From the NCBI RefSeq assembly GCF_004010195.1, contig NC_057725.1, positions 31,159,104-31,223,103 on the forward strand: 64,000 nucleotides of DNA, in the 5' to 3' direction. This stretch comes from Chiloscyllium plagiosum. Its lineage: Eukaryota. Each line of letters starts with the position of its first letter. Position 1 is the first letter of the stretch. Below are positions 1 through 13,789 of this stretch, in pieces. The notes under the pieces are model-generated. The model saw nothing but the letters and a program-made list of their open reading frames with translations, did no database searches and was not told the DNA's origin. Made by a program: the position numbers and the translations under genes.

Positions 1-205
1 GGGATGTCAGGGGAGGTTCTTTACTCAGAGAGTTGGGGGGGCATGGAATGCACTGCCTGTGTGAGTGGCAGAGTCCGAATCATTGGTGACCTTTAAGCGG
101 CAATAGGATAGGTGCATGGATGGGTGCTTAAGCTAGGACAAATGTTCGGCACAACATCGTGGGTCGAAGGGCCTGTTCTGTGCTGTATTGTTCTATGTTC
201 TATGT
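1..205 (+). mobile_element. CR1/HER1 LINE 3' end
   Basis: ttctttactcagagag...tggaatgcactgcc...gaagggcctgttctgtgctgta followed by a (tgttcta)n tail. Confidence 0.85.
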
Positions 206-659
206 ACTCATGAATGACGTGGCTGCTAGATGACTAAATTAGAATACTGAGTTAAAAGTACCAAGATCCCAACCTTGCACTTCCTTGAAGTGAAAGTGCA
301 GGAATTTGGTTTTGGTGCCCTTTGTCTAAAGAATCAGCCAAGGGAACTCATTCTAATCATTGAACATAGAAGTATGTGAGCTATTGTGTAAACTCAGCAC
401 CTCAAGTTCAAGCTGCAGAGATAAAGTTACAGATGGAGAATCTTATTCAAGCTTGATCAGTTTTCTTAATCTCCATTTTAATGAATGGTTCAGGAAAGTT
501 GTCTACACTATGTTGTGATCACAAGAAAGGAGGTAGCCTTTAGATCAGAGTTAGATTTATTCATTTTGCCATGCATGGAGTGGCTTTGTACAAAGTTATG
601 AAGACACAAAATGAAACGATTTGACAAACATTGGAACAGGAGAGAAAATATTTTAAACA

Positions 660-1150
660 GATAACTTAAGGGAATGGGTATTTAGGTGGCAGGTACAGTT
701 TATATTACTTAATATTTGGCATCATATTTCAGTTAAAACAAAGTTTACACCAAGTAAAGAAATGGACAAGGGAGGATAAGCAAACAACTCTGGGATTCAA
801 AATGAAATATTACCTTAACGGTCATATTTACAGAAAGTTACTAAAGAAAATGCAACATAATTTTGGGCTTCATAAAAAGGACACAATACAACACTGAAGA
901 TGGTACACGTATACAACCAATGAAGCCACAGTTAAAAGACTGGGGTGTATGAGATTCCACTAGAAAATGTGATTAAGGCTATGTGCAGAGTAGATTCATC
1001 AGGAGTTGAAACCTCGAGAGAAGAGACTCTAGATAAGAGGATTGTTTACTCTGATGTATAGAAGGCTTAAAGATTTAATGGAGTTTTAAAAATTAGAAAT
1101 CGCTTTTAGTAGAGTGACCGTAATGGAGTAATACTATTCTTTCCATTGTA
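660..1150 (+). mobile_element. Old, degenerate CR1-type ORF2 fragment
   Basis: Remnants such as tggcaggtacagttt (W-Q-x-x-F) and gaggattgtttactctgatgtatagaaggc, with many stops. Confidence 0.5.
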
Positions 1151-2080
1151 GGAAGAGGCAATAAGGGATAAATCAACATAAATTGTAGCTGAGAGTGAGA
1201 TGTTACACAAAAGATCATTGGGTGGGGGGGAAAGGACCAAAAACAGTCATTGCATCTTTCACAGGAGTGTTTAAAAATATTTGAAGCAGTGAATGGAGGG
1301 GAACAAGGAATGGGACTGTGCTTGCATGTTTGATTAGCATAGGATACAGGAAGCAGAATTACTTTTAGATTGACAAGGGCTACAGGGAGTGTTGACGGCG
1401 GGATTAGTTTGCTAGATCTCCATCTAACAGCAGGTGCAGAGAACTGATAGTCTCCTTCTTTGCAATAAGCTTCCAAGTCCAATGCAGCACATTATACTAC
1501 AGCGATTGAACAGTTTGATGTAGAATGAACTAACTGAATCTCAGTAATGATTTCATGCTTAACAAAATTGCTACATAGTTGTCTTGGGTTCTTTTTGAAA
1601 CAGACTTTTCAATTTCAATGAATCCCTGCCAAAACGTGGATGGAATGAAAGTATAAAACAAATATGATCCAACTGAATGTCAGAACAGGCATAGCAAAGT
1701 GGTTTCTTCTTGTTCTTAGGAAGGTTTATATACAGACACTTCGCCTCTTGTTGCGTGAAGGATTATATGGTCTTGTTAATCAATAAGGACATAGGAGTCC
1801 TGAAGGCCAGCCTGTGTGAAGTGCTCAATCAAGTTTGCCTTCATGGTGAATCCAGGGATTCTCAATGGGGCCACTGATTACAGAAATAGGAACTCAACAC
1901 AGGAGGTATCCATTATGCCCATCAAATCCATGTTCCGAAGAATAAATCAGTTAGCCCCATTCACCATTTTTTCACCATAGCTGCTGCAATTTTCTTCTCC
2001 CTTATATTTATCCAGTTCCTTTCTAAGGCTGCTCTCTATTCTACCACCTAAGTTGAGTAATGCATTCCAAATTCTAACTA

Positions 2081-2580
2081 GAGTTATAGAGATAAATAGT
2101 ACGGAAACAGACCGTTGAGTCCAACTCATCCATGCTGACCGGATATCCTAAATTAATCTTGTCCCATTTGCCAGCACTTGGCCCATATCCCTCTAAACCC
2201 TTCCTATTCATATACTCATCCAGATGCCTTTTAAAATGTTTAATTGTACAAGCCTCCACCACGTCCTCTGGTGGCTCATTCCATGCACACCACCCTTTGC
2301 ATGGAAATGTTGCCCCCTTGGTCTCTTTTATATCTTTCTCCTCTCACCCTAAACCTATACCCTCTAGCTCTGGACTCCCCCACCCCAAGGAAAAGACTTA
2401 TCTATTTACCCTATCCATGCGCCTCATGATTTTCTAAATTTCGAGAAGGTCACCCGTCAGCCTCCGATGCTCCAGGGAAAACAGCCCCAGCCTATTCAGC
2501 CTCTCCCTATAGCTCATAACCTCCAACCCTAGCAACATCTTTGTAAATCTTTTCTGCATACTTTCAAGTTTCACAACATC
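2081..2580 (-). mobile_element. CR1/HER1 LINE 3' fragment
   Basis: Minus-strand FKRHLDEYMNRKGLEGYGPSAGKWD and the HER1-type 3'UTR. Confidence 0.9.
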
Positions 2581-4113
2581 CTAATTACTCATGCAATTAA
2601 AACGTCTTTCTTCATATTGGCAAAAGAACCAAAGACAATTACTTTAAAGTTATGCATTTTACCGTGGGAGCAATTTACTTCACCAAAACAAATCCCCCAA
2701 AGCCTGCTCAGTTTCGGAATAACATCCATAGCTCCTCCTGTTTGTCACAACATAAAACTATTCTCAAATCTATGTAGCCTCTCTGAAGTCTTATAACTGA
2801 ATAGCCACACAAACCATGGTCAACTCATGCTCAACAACCCATATAACCAACAATTCCAGGTATTTGCAGTCAAGTGCAAAGAGCTTTGACAAATGCAAAG
2901 CAGTTCAACACACCCACTAACAATCTGTCTCAAATGGATAAAGCATCTTCAAGAGATGCGACAAACTGTCAGTAATGAGAATGGGAAGCTGCACTTCAAG
3001 CTGGTAAGAATGCTAGTTGTGGCTCAGTTCTTGCTTCTGAGCCAGACATCATGAGCTCAAGTTCCACTTTGGGATTAATAGTGTAGTGACCTCCCCATGT
3101 GTTAAGAGCCCTACGTTAATGAAAGTTATTGTTGCTACCTTTGGATCCCATGGCAGCCAACGCCACTCAGTGTTCTGGGAAGATATTTAAACTAGTTCTA
3201 ATTAAGTGCAATTTTAAAAAAAAAGATAACACATTATCAACATTGCTTCCTTCAGCAATTAGTAACTGTATTACTGAATCAGCAGCCTAGAGAATGCAAA
3301 CTCAAATCTCATTGTTAGAGAATTTAAAATCAAGTCAAAACAAAAATCTGGAAATTAAGAGCAGCCAGACAACTGTTAGACAGTCCCAGAAATCCAACTG
3401 GTTCACTAACGATCAATGATGCTAACTAAACTAGGCCATCCTTACCCAATCTGACCTATGACAACAGTCCCAAACCAACATGACTTAAGTCTTACTGGCC
3501 TATATGGCAAGATAGCAACACAGTTATGTCAAATCACTAACTATTTTTTTACCATTGTTCAGTGGAGTTATTACACACCTCTGGAACAGGTGTGACTTGA
3601 ACCTGTGCCTCCTGACTCAAAGGTAAGGGATACTACCACTGCACCGTGCTAAATAAAAGCCCAACACCATTTTCAAAGATATCTGGAAACATGCAAGAAA
3701 TGTTGGTCTTGCTCTCTTTTATTGTGTGGTGTCATTGAGTCCAGGATTGTCTTCAGCCTTTGATTTTAAAATAGCACAATTATCTATTAATACTGTGATG
3801 CATGGTAATCTTAGGTGTACCAGACTGATATAGTTCCATTAGGGAATTGCTAATTCAACCTCACGTCCTCATGTCTGTGTTCTCTTGGTGGTTCTTTCAG
3901 AGTGTGCTTTCCAGCATTGAATCTTAGTGTGTTCCAATAAGCCCACATTTTGGCTTTGATAGAGTGACGTGCAGCTCATGATATTACTGCAAGGCTGTAA
4001 AAATGCATGGCCAAAGAATGAATAAGACGACAGAGAAAATGAATACATCTTACGTCTAAGGCACAGCTTTGCTTCAATACTGGGACTTGGTAAATGTCTG
4101 GATTGAAATGCAA

Positions 4114-7100
4114 TGTATTAGGTGTCTGTCCTAGTCTGCGTCAGTTATAGGACCTCTACCATGAGGCACACACCTTGTAAACAAGCTTGAGCTTCACGTC
4201 AATAAAGTGCTCACGATGAACACGATGCTATGCTGCACACTCAAAAACATGGTGCCAGAAGAGGCACTGAGGTGACAGTCTTGAGCCAAAATAAAAAGCA
4301 CAGCTGCAGAACTGTGAGCTGCTACTCTATTCACAAAGTCACTGAATTCTTCACTTGTGAACTAAGGACTATTGATGCTCCTGACAATGCCAGGAATGCT
4401 ATAATGACCGAAGCGTGCTTTTAGGCACACAACAATCTTAATGGCTGTCATTGAAGTCAACTAGTCTAATTCCCAGTAGTTATCATAGTAGTCCACAGTG
4501 ACAATATAATCAGTCCTTTGACTGCAAACAGAACTACTCAGCTTCATCTATGGCCTGACTGGGATGTCAAGTGGCTTCAGCATCTCGAGCTGTATTGCCA
4601 GTGTGTTCCTTCAAATTTGTTTTTTTAGGTCAAAATCCTGGAATTTCCTCCTTAACGGTATTGTTGATCTACCAAAGGTAAACTGTTTGCAGCAGTTAAA
4701 AGCAGCTTACTTCTCAAGGAAAATTATGGATGAACAATAATTACTGGTACAGTCAGCATTGCCCATATCCCATTAGCGAACTAAAAAAAAAACTCAGTGA
4801 ATGCACTGCTCCAGAGGACTGCTGCAGCTTTTCCCCATCCAGCTCCTAATCAAATGATTGGGGATACTGGACAAAATTGGGAATTCTTTCATGAAGAATA
4901 ACAGAATTATGAAATAGCTACTGACTTGTTGAACAAATCAAGGGAGTACAAGTTTGCACATTTATTACTGTTGAGAAGACACTTTCGAAATATTTTCCAT
5001 CCTGACTAGCTCCAAAAAGAGCAGGAAGAACAGATGCAGAAATTTTAAAAGCTTAGGAGGCATGCTTTCATCCCCAGGTGAATGTTATGGTACATATTTA
5101 GCAGCAGGGAAAAAGAGTGAAATTCTATTGATCAAGATGTACTATTAAATCAGCTTGCGGATACCTGTGAATTTGAAAAATTAAACAATAAGCTAATTGG
5201 AGGAAGAACTGTATTAGGAATAAGGGATCCAGCATGCCCGAGAGAGGAAAAACAAACAAACAGTCAGGAGAGTAATTGGCATGTGCAGAAGTGCCAAGGT
5301 TATGAATCAACAGCTGGACAATACTCATAGCAGAACAGACCAACTCTTGCATTATAAAGTCAGAGTCAGACAGCTTGGAAACACACCCTTCAGCTCAACT
5401 TTTCCAATTTGACCAGGTTTCCCAAACTGAACTAGTCCCATTTGCCTGCATTTGGCCCATATCTTTCTAAACCTTTCCTATCCATGTACCTATCCAAATG
5501 TCTTTTAAATGCTGTAATTCTACCCACCTCTACCACTTCCTCTGGCAGCTAGTTCCATATATGCACCATTCTCTAAAGATTTTGCCCAAGTCCCTTTTAA
5601 ATCTTTCCCTTCTCATTAAAACTCCCCCACCCTAGGGAAGAGACCTTGGCTATTCACCATACCCATGCCCTCATGATTTTATAAGCCTCCATAAAAATGT
5701 CACCCCTCAGCATCCTACATTTTAGAGAAAAAAAGTCCCAGCTTATCCAGCCTCTCCTTGTAATTCAAACCTTCCAATCTCAACAACACCCTCAAATCTT
5801 TTTTGCACCCTTTCCAGTTTAATAATACCCTTCCCAAAGCAGGGTGACTATAATTGTACACAGTACTCCAAATATAGCCTTACCAATGTCTTGTATTCTA
5901 AGATGACATCCCACCTCCTATACTCAGTGCTGTAACTGAAGGCAGGCATGACAAATGCCATCTTCACCACCCTGTCCACCTGCCTTCATTTTCAAGGAAT
6001 GATGTACCAGCACCCCAGGTACAACAACACACCTCAGAGCTCTATCATTAACTACGCAAGCTTTGCTCTAGTTTATCTCACCAAATGCAACACTTTGCAT
6101 TTATCTGAATGAAGCTCTATCTGCCATGCCTCAGCCCACTCGCCCAGTTAATCAATATCCCAAAGTATTGTTGGTATTTACTCCAGGCAGAATAATCACA
6201 AAGGGCAGGATCAAATACTGCAGAAGATATCGTGCAAACGAGAAGTCAGCACATCCAGTGTGTAACAAAACAATAATTTTGCACACAAATGTACAGCTAA
6301 AAATAAACATAATAAGCAGTACAGATTGCCATTGGCAAGATAGTGGTTGAAGATTTCAATGATTCACACTATACACAACAGGTCAGTTCAAATCAGGTTT
6401 ATAGACAAGATGTGGTTGGAGGTTGTTCAGGTGGGGACTGGAGAAAATCAAGTCAACATAAAATACCACATTGACAGTCATGACCTTCACTATCTGTGCA
6501 AAGTGCCTCCATGTGGTGAAACAAAAATGAAGTCTTTTAAAATAAGGTTAAAGCCATATGATGGCACCATACCTACAGCAAGATGACAGATTATTCTTCA
6601 AACCCTTTGCAGCAACATGATTGAGGATCTAGGGTCCCAGATCATTAGTGGCAAGCAAATGTCACTCATCTTAGTGAATCCAAAGCTTGGATTGGTGACC
6701 CTTAATGTCATATTGGCAACATGTTATGGCACATTAAACCACTGGCTCTGGAACACACCTTAGATTAGTACAAAGATGCAGTTACAGGGTTAGGATGCCT
6801 CCAGGGGAATATTGTTCAAAAGTAGATGAGAATTCAGAACCAACTTAGCATCTGCTGAGATAAGTTCCAGCTGCTCTCAAGGCCAGCTAAAAGAGACAAG
6901 ATAGAAGAGCTGGAAAAGAAGGAAGAGAACGATCAAGAAAGTGACATTCTACTGAACGGATTAGCAGCATGGTAGCAGTGAACCAACCTGGAAGACGGAG
7001 AGTATGCATTGAGCCAAAAGAAATCCAAATAAACCCTTGAAGAGATCTCACTGCCACAAACCACTGAAGGAACTTTGCTGTAACTTGCAAAGGCAAATAT

Positions 7101-7665
7101 CTTCACTGTTGTGATGTCAAAGATGATTTCTTACAAATGAAGCTAGGTGGAAACAGCAACTTTGTAACTGTTCTGGATACTCTGCAGGAGATATAGATGG
7201 TTACACATACCATTCAGTGTATCCACAGCTCCAAAATAATGCAGACATGATCTGCCTGGTGTGGAAGATTTAACAGATGATTATGTATGTGGAGTCACAA
7301 TAGAAGAAGCCACTGCTGATCACAAAATGCAAATACTTGAGTCATCAGGTGAACCTGAAGTTGAACAAATTACAATTAAAATGCCTGAAGTCAAGTACAT
7401 AGGCCATGTATTGACAGCAAGAGATCTTCACTTGGAACCCAAGGCGGAAAGTGCACTGTAGCTGCAATGCAGCAACCAACAGATGCAAAAACAGTGCAGT
7501 GCAACAATACGTTGGATTTGCCAAATTCTTGACCAGTTTTTCAGAGTATGAACGATTAAGCAAACTCACAGCCAAGAATTGCAGTGGTATTGAGCGCAGA
7601 ATAAGCAGCAGTCACTAAAACCAAGCCACAAGTCAGCAAACACTGAAATACTATGAGGTAAATAC
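4114..7665 (+). mobile_element. Decayed Gypsy/Ty3 LTR retrotransposon (5' LTR, PBS, gag, protease and RT remnants), interrupted by a CR1
   Basis: TG...AATAAA...CA block 4114-4249 followed directly by PBS-like TGGTGCCAGAAG. Gag-like W...YEIAT remnant near 4860-4930; RT remnants (KIEELEK, DVKDDFLQMKL, DDYVCG, EVKYIGHVLT) at 6850-7450 with frameshifts and stops. Confidence 0.75.
5360..6175 (-). mobile_element. CR1/HER1 LINE 3' fragment inserted in the Gypsy remnant
   Basis: Collinear with the 2081-2580 copy and extends further into ORF2. Confidence 0.88.
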
Positions 7666-9009
7666 ATTATTATTAGGAAAGATCTTTTCTGTAGTTTAGT
7701 GTATTAGTTGCCAAGTCACACTTAGTCAATGTTGATTTTCACAATGTTACAGTAAAAATCTCAATGTAAAATCTTGTCATATGATTCTTTCCTTTGATTA
7801 CTTGGAAACTCATCTAAGAGTTATGAATCTCTCTGGGAATCATAATATACTCTGAATGTCAATTGAGGTCAATTTACAACTAGACTACAGTGGTATGTGA
7901 AATCACACCAAATACTTATAGTCATAACAACAACTTCAATTTATGGAGTGCTGTAATGTAGTAAAATATCCAAAAACATTATGCTGAGCCATGTGAGATA
8001 TTAGAGTATAGAAACAAAAGCTTTGTCAGAAAAGTAAATTTCAAACAAGCAGTCTTGGAAAGAGGACAGGGATAAGAAAATAAAATTACGATACTTCAAG
8101 GATTGAGGGGCTGAGGTGATTATAACAGAGTTCCAGACTGGAGGACCACACGGGCAACTGACTGTAAAATTTTCATTTTTTAAAAAATGGGAATGTTCAA
8201 GTGGTCAAAATTGAAGAATGCCGAGATGAAGATTGTGGGGTTGGAAGAGGTAACAGAGATAGAGGGGTATGGCAACATCAAAACACCTCAATGAAGGCTT
8301 CAAAGTGTGCTTATAGTAACCATCATTATTAAGTTCTGCATAGAAGATTTACTTCCATAAGCAAGTGTCTGGCATCCTGGCTATAAGACCAGCCGAACTC
8401 AATTCCAACGGTCTTGGTATGGGGTGTGTTTGGCATGCCAGCTCAGGTGAGGCAGCTCAATATTTTGTCCTGCCTTCTAAATCTTCAGACGTTTCTGAAG
8501 GCAACTTAAACGAATGTGGCATGACACTTGTGCACAGTGCAAGTCTTCTTGTGTGCACGCAGCAATAGCTCTGCTTATTCTGCTCTTATAGACCAGTCAT
8601 TTGGTAAGTAGACATTTTCCTCTGGTTTCCCAGACTAATGTTTAAAGTTTGCTGAAGGCTACACTTGCAACAGAGACACCATGTGTGCAAATGAGATAAA
8701 TGAACTTATGCACGGCCGACAGGGTCTGGACATCGACTTATCTTACCTCAAAATAAAACCATCGTGAAACAGCTTGACACACTTCCTCAGTTGACTATCA
8801 GACCAAGATAGTTACAGCAACATGAGTCTATGCTGCATGGATTGTCTCGCTCATCGACAGTCATCAGAAAGCAAAAAATTGAGTCCAACGTCTTTGAAGA
8901 CTTTAATCTTTACCTAGAATTGCCTCAGATTGAGCAGCTTCCCATCCAAGTGATTTGATTTTAATCGTCTTCCACGATGGTGATCTCGCCACTGTAGGCA
9001 CCCTGCCTC

Positions 9010-9140
9010 TATTCCTGATGAAGGGCCTTTTCCCAAAACGTTGATTTTCCTGCTCCTCGGATGCTGCCTGACCTGCTGTGCTTTTCTAGCACCACTCTAA
9101 TCTAGACTCTGGTTTCTAGCATCTGCAGTCCTTGCTTTTA
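9010..9140 (+). mobile_element. Penelope-derived short element (family A) with a degenerate hammerhead
   Basis: cctgatgaagggccttttcccaaaacgttgattttcctgctcctcggatgctgcctgacctgctg... Confidence 0.8.
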
Positions 9141-11329
9141 CCATGATGGCAATCCTGGCAGAGAACAAGACAGAGGGTTGGTGCCAAACCACAGCCTGGT
9201 AATAGCAGTATCAATTTGACACCTTTGCGTAGAACAGGGGAGCATCCAAGACATCTTGATGTAATTAGGGAGATGAAGAACTGTATTGATGATTACAAGG
9301 ACATGATCAGGACACACCTTCAGCACAAGGAGACCATTATCATTAGAACCACAGATTCCATTTTTCTGACAACCTCTTTTGAAGTGTGGTCATCAGCACA
9401 AACTTTTGTACGAAAACGTCATCAAGAATGAATGGCTTGTCTGAATTTCACACAGTAGCAATCAAGGAGTGGAGGTCATTGTAAAATTTATGCTCAACTT
9501 CATTATGCTTGGTCATGGAAGGAACACAGATATATGAGAGGGGCATCTTACACTTTCTTCCCAGAATGGACTGGTGTCTTGTCTTTGATGTCTGTCTATG
9601 TATAGGTATTTTCAAAAAACAAGTTGAAGTTGAAGTTATACATGCTTGTCTCTCGTTATTGGTTAAAAAAACAAAATTTAATTACAATAAATAGAGATTT
9701 TATCATTAATTAATAAATACTGATGTGTAAAAAGTCACTTGGAACTGCAAAGTTCGATTTCTCCCAAAACAAAACAATTCTATGTCCCAGGTTGCCTGTG
9801 GATTCAGGTCTGTGGTTCCCAATGAATCCACACTGCTGCAATATTGCTCATCAATTAGTTCAAGATTCTGATGGAGAGAGAATAGATGACAGATGTTAGA
9901 AAGATTATAAACAGTTCTTGCAGATTAATTTATTGTAGTGAGGGTGAGTCTCATGTCCTCAGCCTCACTCTCTCACCTTCATGTATTCTAAATCGCATGA
10001 TAAGAGGAGTGGAGGTAGCTGGAGATAGATCTGGACGTAGGCAGTGAGCCAGCTACCTTCTTTGCCTTGAGCTCTATACATTCTACAACATAGTAATGAC
10101 TCAATTCAAAGACCAACACACCTTAGATTTGCATTACTTGCCCAGTCTTTGCATGCCAAGGTATACAAATAGCCATTCACTGAGCACTGGGGACTATACA
10201 GTAATCCTCACTTGGTTTGGCCTGCCCACTGAAGCAATTCACTGGGGCATGATCATTGACACATGACAACTACTTGGAGCTGGAGATGAGTGTGTGAAGG
10301 GGAAGTCCAATACAGGATCAGTCACTGCAGAGAGTATGGCAAGCCCACCAGAGATAAATGCCATTCCTCCCCTACACCTTCAATATCTCCACTCTCCACA
10401 GGCTCAAATGTCCTTTTTATATCTATCCCATCAAATATTTTCTATTAGGTCTTGCCTCATTCCTCTTTTTTCCTGGATATAAAGAAAAGCCTGGAACCTG
10501 TTTTTCATAGTTATAACATCTCAGTTTTGATATCATACTTGTAAATACTTCTACGATCTATCATAAAATCATAGCAGAAACCAAATGAATCATTTTCATG
10601 AGAATGTTCTACATTCCTTTCATTAAAAAAAAGCATAAAAGAATTGTTCATATTACTCCAAATGATGTTGTAAATAAGTTTTAATATAAGCTTAACATCA
10701 CTTCTGTGTTTTTCCCCATTCTATCTTTTTGAAAACAAAGCCCTGTTCTTGGTTTTCACGTTTTAAGGTCTTGCTGTAGTTGTACAAATTCACTTAGTAC
10801 TATTGACATTTTTCATCTGTGCATCACCAGCCACTGAAGTTCTACACCATACACAGTTACCAGACCAACAGATTACTACAGTGCACATGTTACTCTAGGA
10901 AACTGATGTGGCCTTTTTGTGAACTGAATTAAATTTAATCAGCAGAGGAATAACAGTTCTGGTTCATTACATCATCTCTCATGGATGCCCAATTTCAACA
11001 TCTGTTTCACACATTAAGCCAAAAAGGTCCTGTTGCTTGGTGGCCAACTCGAATCAAAACAAGGCAGGCTCACACACCTGGATTTCAGTGCTTATTGACA
11101 ATGTATATAAACAAATTATTTGACAACTTTTTAAAAAAATTTTTAGGAGTCTCAAGGATGTGGAGCACCCAGCTTCTCAGTAACAGGGTTGTGCATGAAT
11201 CAGCAGCATCATTGCTACGATGGAGTGAGCTTTTCAAAACACATGCCCTACAAACAGTGTACTGTTTACAACCTTCAGAATGATATTGTCTCCAGATATC
11301 TAGAGTCATCTTAAAAAAGTACCATTCTG

Positions 11330-11680
11330 GTTTTCAAATCCCTCTGCAACCTTACCCCTCTTTCCATCTATAACCTCTTCCAGTCTTTGAGACCTTTACA
11401 TTCATCTAAGTAACCTCTTACGGCATATCTCATCCTAGTTACTCCACCATTAGCTGTCTGTGCCCAAAGCTCTTGAAGTTCCTCCCTAAACCTCTGACTC
11501 TCTTCCTCACCTTCAATACATCTTAAAAGCAACTTCTGAAAGAGCTTTTGGCCACACGTTCTAATATTTCCTTATTAAGCCTTGTGTCAAATCTTTTTTG
11601 ATCATACTCCTGTAAAACAGCTGGTGCTATTCTACTACATTACACCAGCCTAAATAAAAATGCACATTGCGATATTAAAA
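11330..11680 (+). mobile_element. L2-type LINE 3' tail
   Basis: ttcctccctaaacctct...cttaaaa...gtgtcaaat...cctgtaaaac pattern shared with other copies in the window. Confidence 0.6.
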
Positions 11681-12062
11681 ACTTGGGCTGATCATTCATT
11701 CAGTATTTTGGGTTACAGGAATTAGAAAATTTCCTAGTTTGAAGCACTTGCCTTGGGAAAACATGCCAAAAGTGGGATTTTTAGTCCATACTGGGGAGGG
11801 TTGCAAAAAGCAGTCAAGTTCACATTCCCAGCTGCCAACTCTCCTGTCCCCACCAACCAAATGTGTTGGCTTTAGGATGCTGGCATAAACACACCTAGTG
11901 AAAGCACAGATCTTTCCAAAAACTGATCAACTGTTTTGTTTGTTAGCAACTGTCTATCTCAGAGCCATATTATCTTCAGTCTGTACTGAGTTAGCACATC
12001 AGTGATACCAATAATTGCTCTCATAGGTGTAAACTAGGAAATATTGGTCGTTCCTGATCTCT

Positions 12063-12263
12063 GAGGAGAAAGTGAGGACTGCAGATGCTGGAGATCAGAG
12101 CTGAAAATGTGTTGCTGGAAAAGCGCAGCAGGTCAGGCAGCATCCAAGGAGCAGGAGAATCGACGTTTCGGGTTCCTGAAGAAGGGCTATTGCCCGAAAC
12201 GTCGATTCTCCTGCTCCTTGGATGCTGCCTGGCCTACTGCGCTTTTCCAGCAACATATTTTCA
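12063..12263. mobile_element. Palindromic Penelope-derived element (family A) with a 12-bp flanking direct repeat
   Basis: Inverted arms of about 70 bp around a hammerhead core; TTCCTGATCTCT at 12051-12062 and 12264-12275. Confidence 0.88.
12171..12208 (+). ncRNA. Minimal type I hammerhead ribozyme motif
   Basis: GGTTC-CTGAAGA-A-GGGC tatt GCCC-GAAAC-GTC-GATTC: conserved core, stem II, palindromic ACGT in place of helix III, and a short stem I with one mismatch. Confidence 0.65.
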
Positions 12264-12371
12264 TTCCTGATCTCTATCCAGTAACCAGTAAAACACACAG
12301 GTTGACAATGGCAACAGCAAGATCAAGGCGTATTATCTTGATTACACTTCCAACATAGTGGTCAAAGTAGA

Positions 12372-12985
12372 AGGCACAGTGGCTCAGTGGTTAACACTGC
12401 TGCCTCACAGCGCCAGGGACCCAGGTTTGATTCCAGCCTCAGGCAACTGCATGTGTGGAGATTTCACCAACACATTGTCTGGTTTCTTCCCACAATCCAA
12501 AGATGTACATTAGATTTGATTAGATTAGATTCCCTACAGTGTGGAAACAGGCCCTTTGGCCCAACCAGTCCACACCGAACCTCTGAGGAGTAACCCACCC
12601 AGACCCATTTCCCTCTGACTAATGCACCTAACACTATGGGCAATGTAGCATGACCAATTCACCTAACCTGCACATCTTTAGCTGTGGGAGGAAACGCGCG
12701 CAGACATGGGGAGAACGTGCAAACTCCACATAGACAGTCGCCCGAGGCTGGAATCAAACCTGGGACCCTGGTGCTGTGAGGCAGCAGTGCTATGCACTGA
12801 GGCACCGTGCATGTTAAGTGATTTGGCCAAGCTAAATTGTCCACAATGTTCAGGAATGTGTAGGTTAGGTGCATTGGTCAGAAATAAATAGGGTAGGGGA
12901 ATGGGTCTGGATGGGTTACTCTTCGGAGGACCAGTGTGGACTTGTTGGACCAAAGGGCCTGTTTCCACATTGTACGGATTCTAGG
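12372..12985. mobile_element. Nested HE1-type tRNA SINEs: a + copy split by a - copy (about 12510-12786)
   Basis: A-box ggcacagtggctcagtggtt and B-box ggtttgattcc; the inner reverse copy has an (attag)n tail; the outer copy resumes near 12787. Confidence 0.9.
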
Positions 12986-13789
12986 ATTCAGTAGTTAATT
13001 TTAAAAAGGGACATGGACAACACTTAAGGAATCCACATAGGCATTCTGGACCAAATAGCCACCTTTTTTTGCTGTCAAACAGATTGCTAATATTGATAGT
13101 CAGGTGAATGCACAGACTCAACATCTATGGATAAATGACATACCCAAAGCAAACTCAACCTTAAAATTCATGCAAGCATCATTTTAACACTATTTTAATG
13201 CCAGAGGGGTTTACAGCATGTAAGGCAGCGATTCAGCTCATGGTAAATGTGCTAGCTCTTTGCTGAAGTAATCCAACACTGCTCCCATTTCCCTTGCTCT
13301 CTTCCATAGTCTTAATGCTTCCTTTGTTGCAAATATCATTTTCTGCCAAAGGATGATATTCTCCAACACAGAAATCTACCAACCTCATTCTTCAGCAATT
13401 ATGTCAAATTCGTGTTCACACAGAGAGCAAATACCTTTTATCTATTCATCCTGCCAAATCCCTTAGCTGTTTAAAATTCCTGTGAAAACTTTACCTTCTG
13501 GGCTCCAGTAGAAACAGTCCCAGTATCACTATATGATCCACACATCTCTAGTTTCTAATTCCTGAGGTCATCCTGGAGAATTCACAGTATCTGTTTGCTA
13601 TTTTAATGCCCCTTCCAAAATTGAGCCCCAAATTCCACACAGTAACAGCTGATGTTATCTATAAAGGAATCTTAGTTCAGTGCACCTACTTTTAAAACCC
13701 AAATTTTATTGGCCTTTATGACTTAATCCCAAGTTGCAACATGCGCAGATAGATTCTGAATTCCTAGATTGCTCTATTCATCACATATA

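Noticed and set aside
12372-12450. tRNA gene
   Set aside because: The A/B boxes belong to a tRNA-derived SINE head followed by the SINE body and tail; the same applies at about 12740 and 60850.
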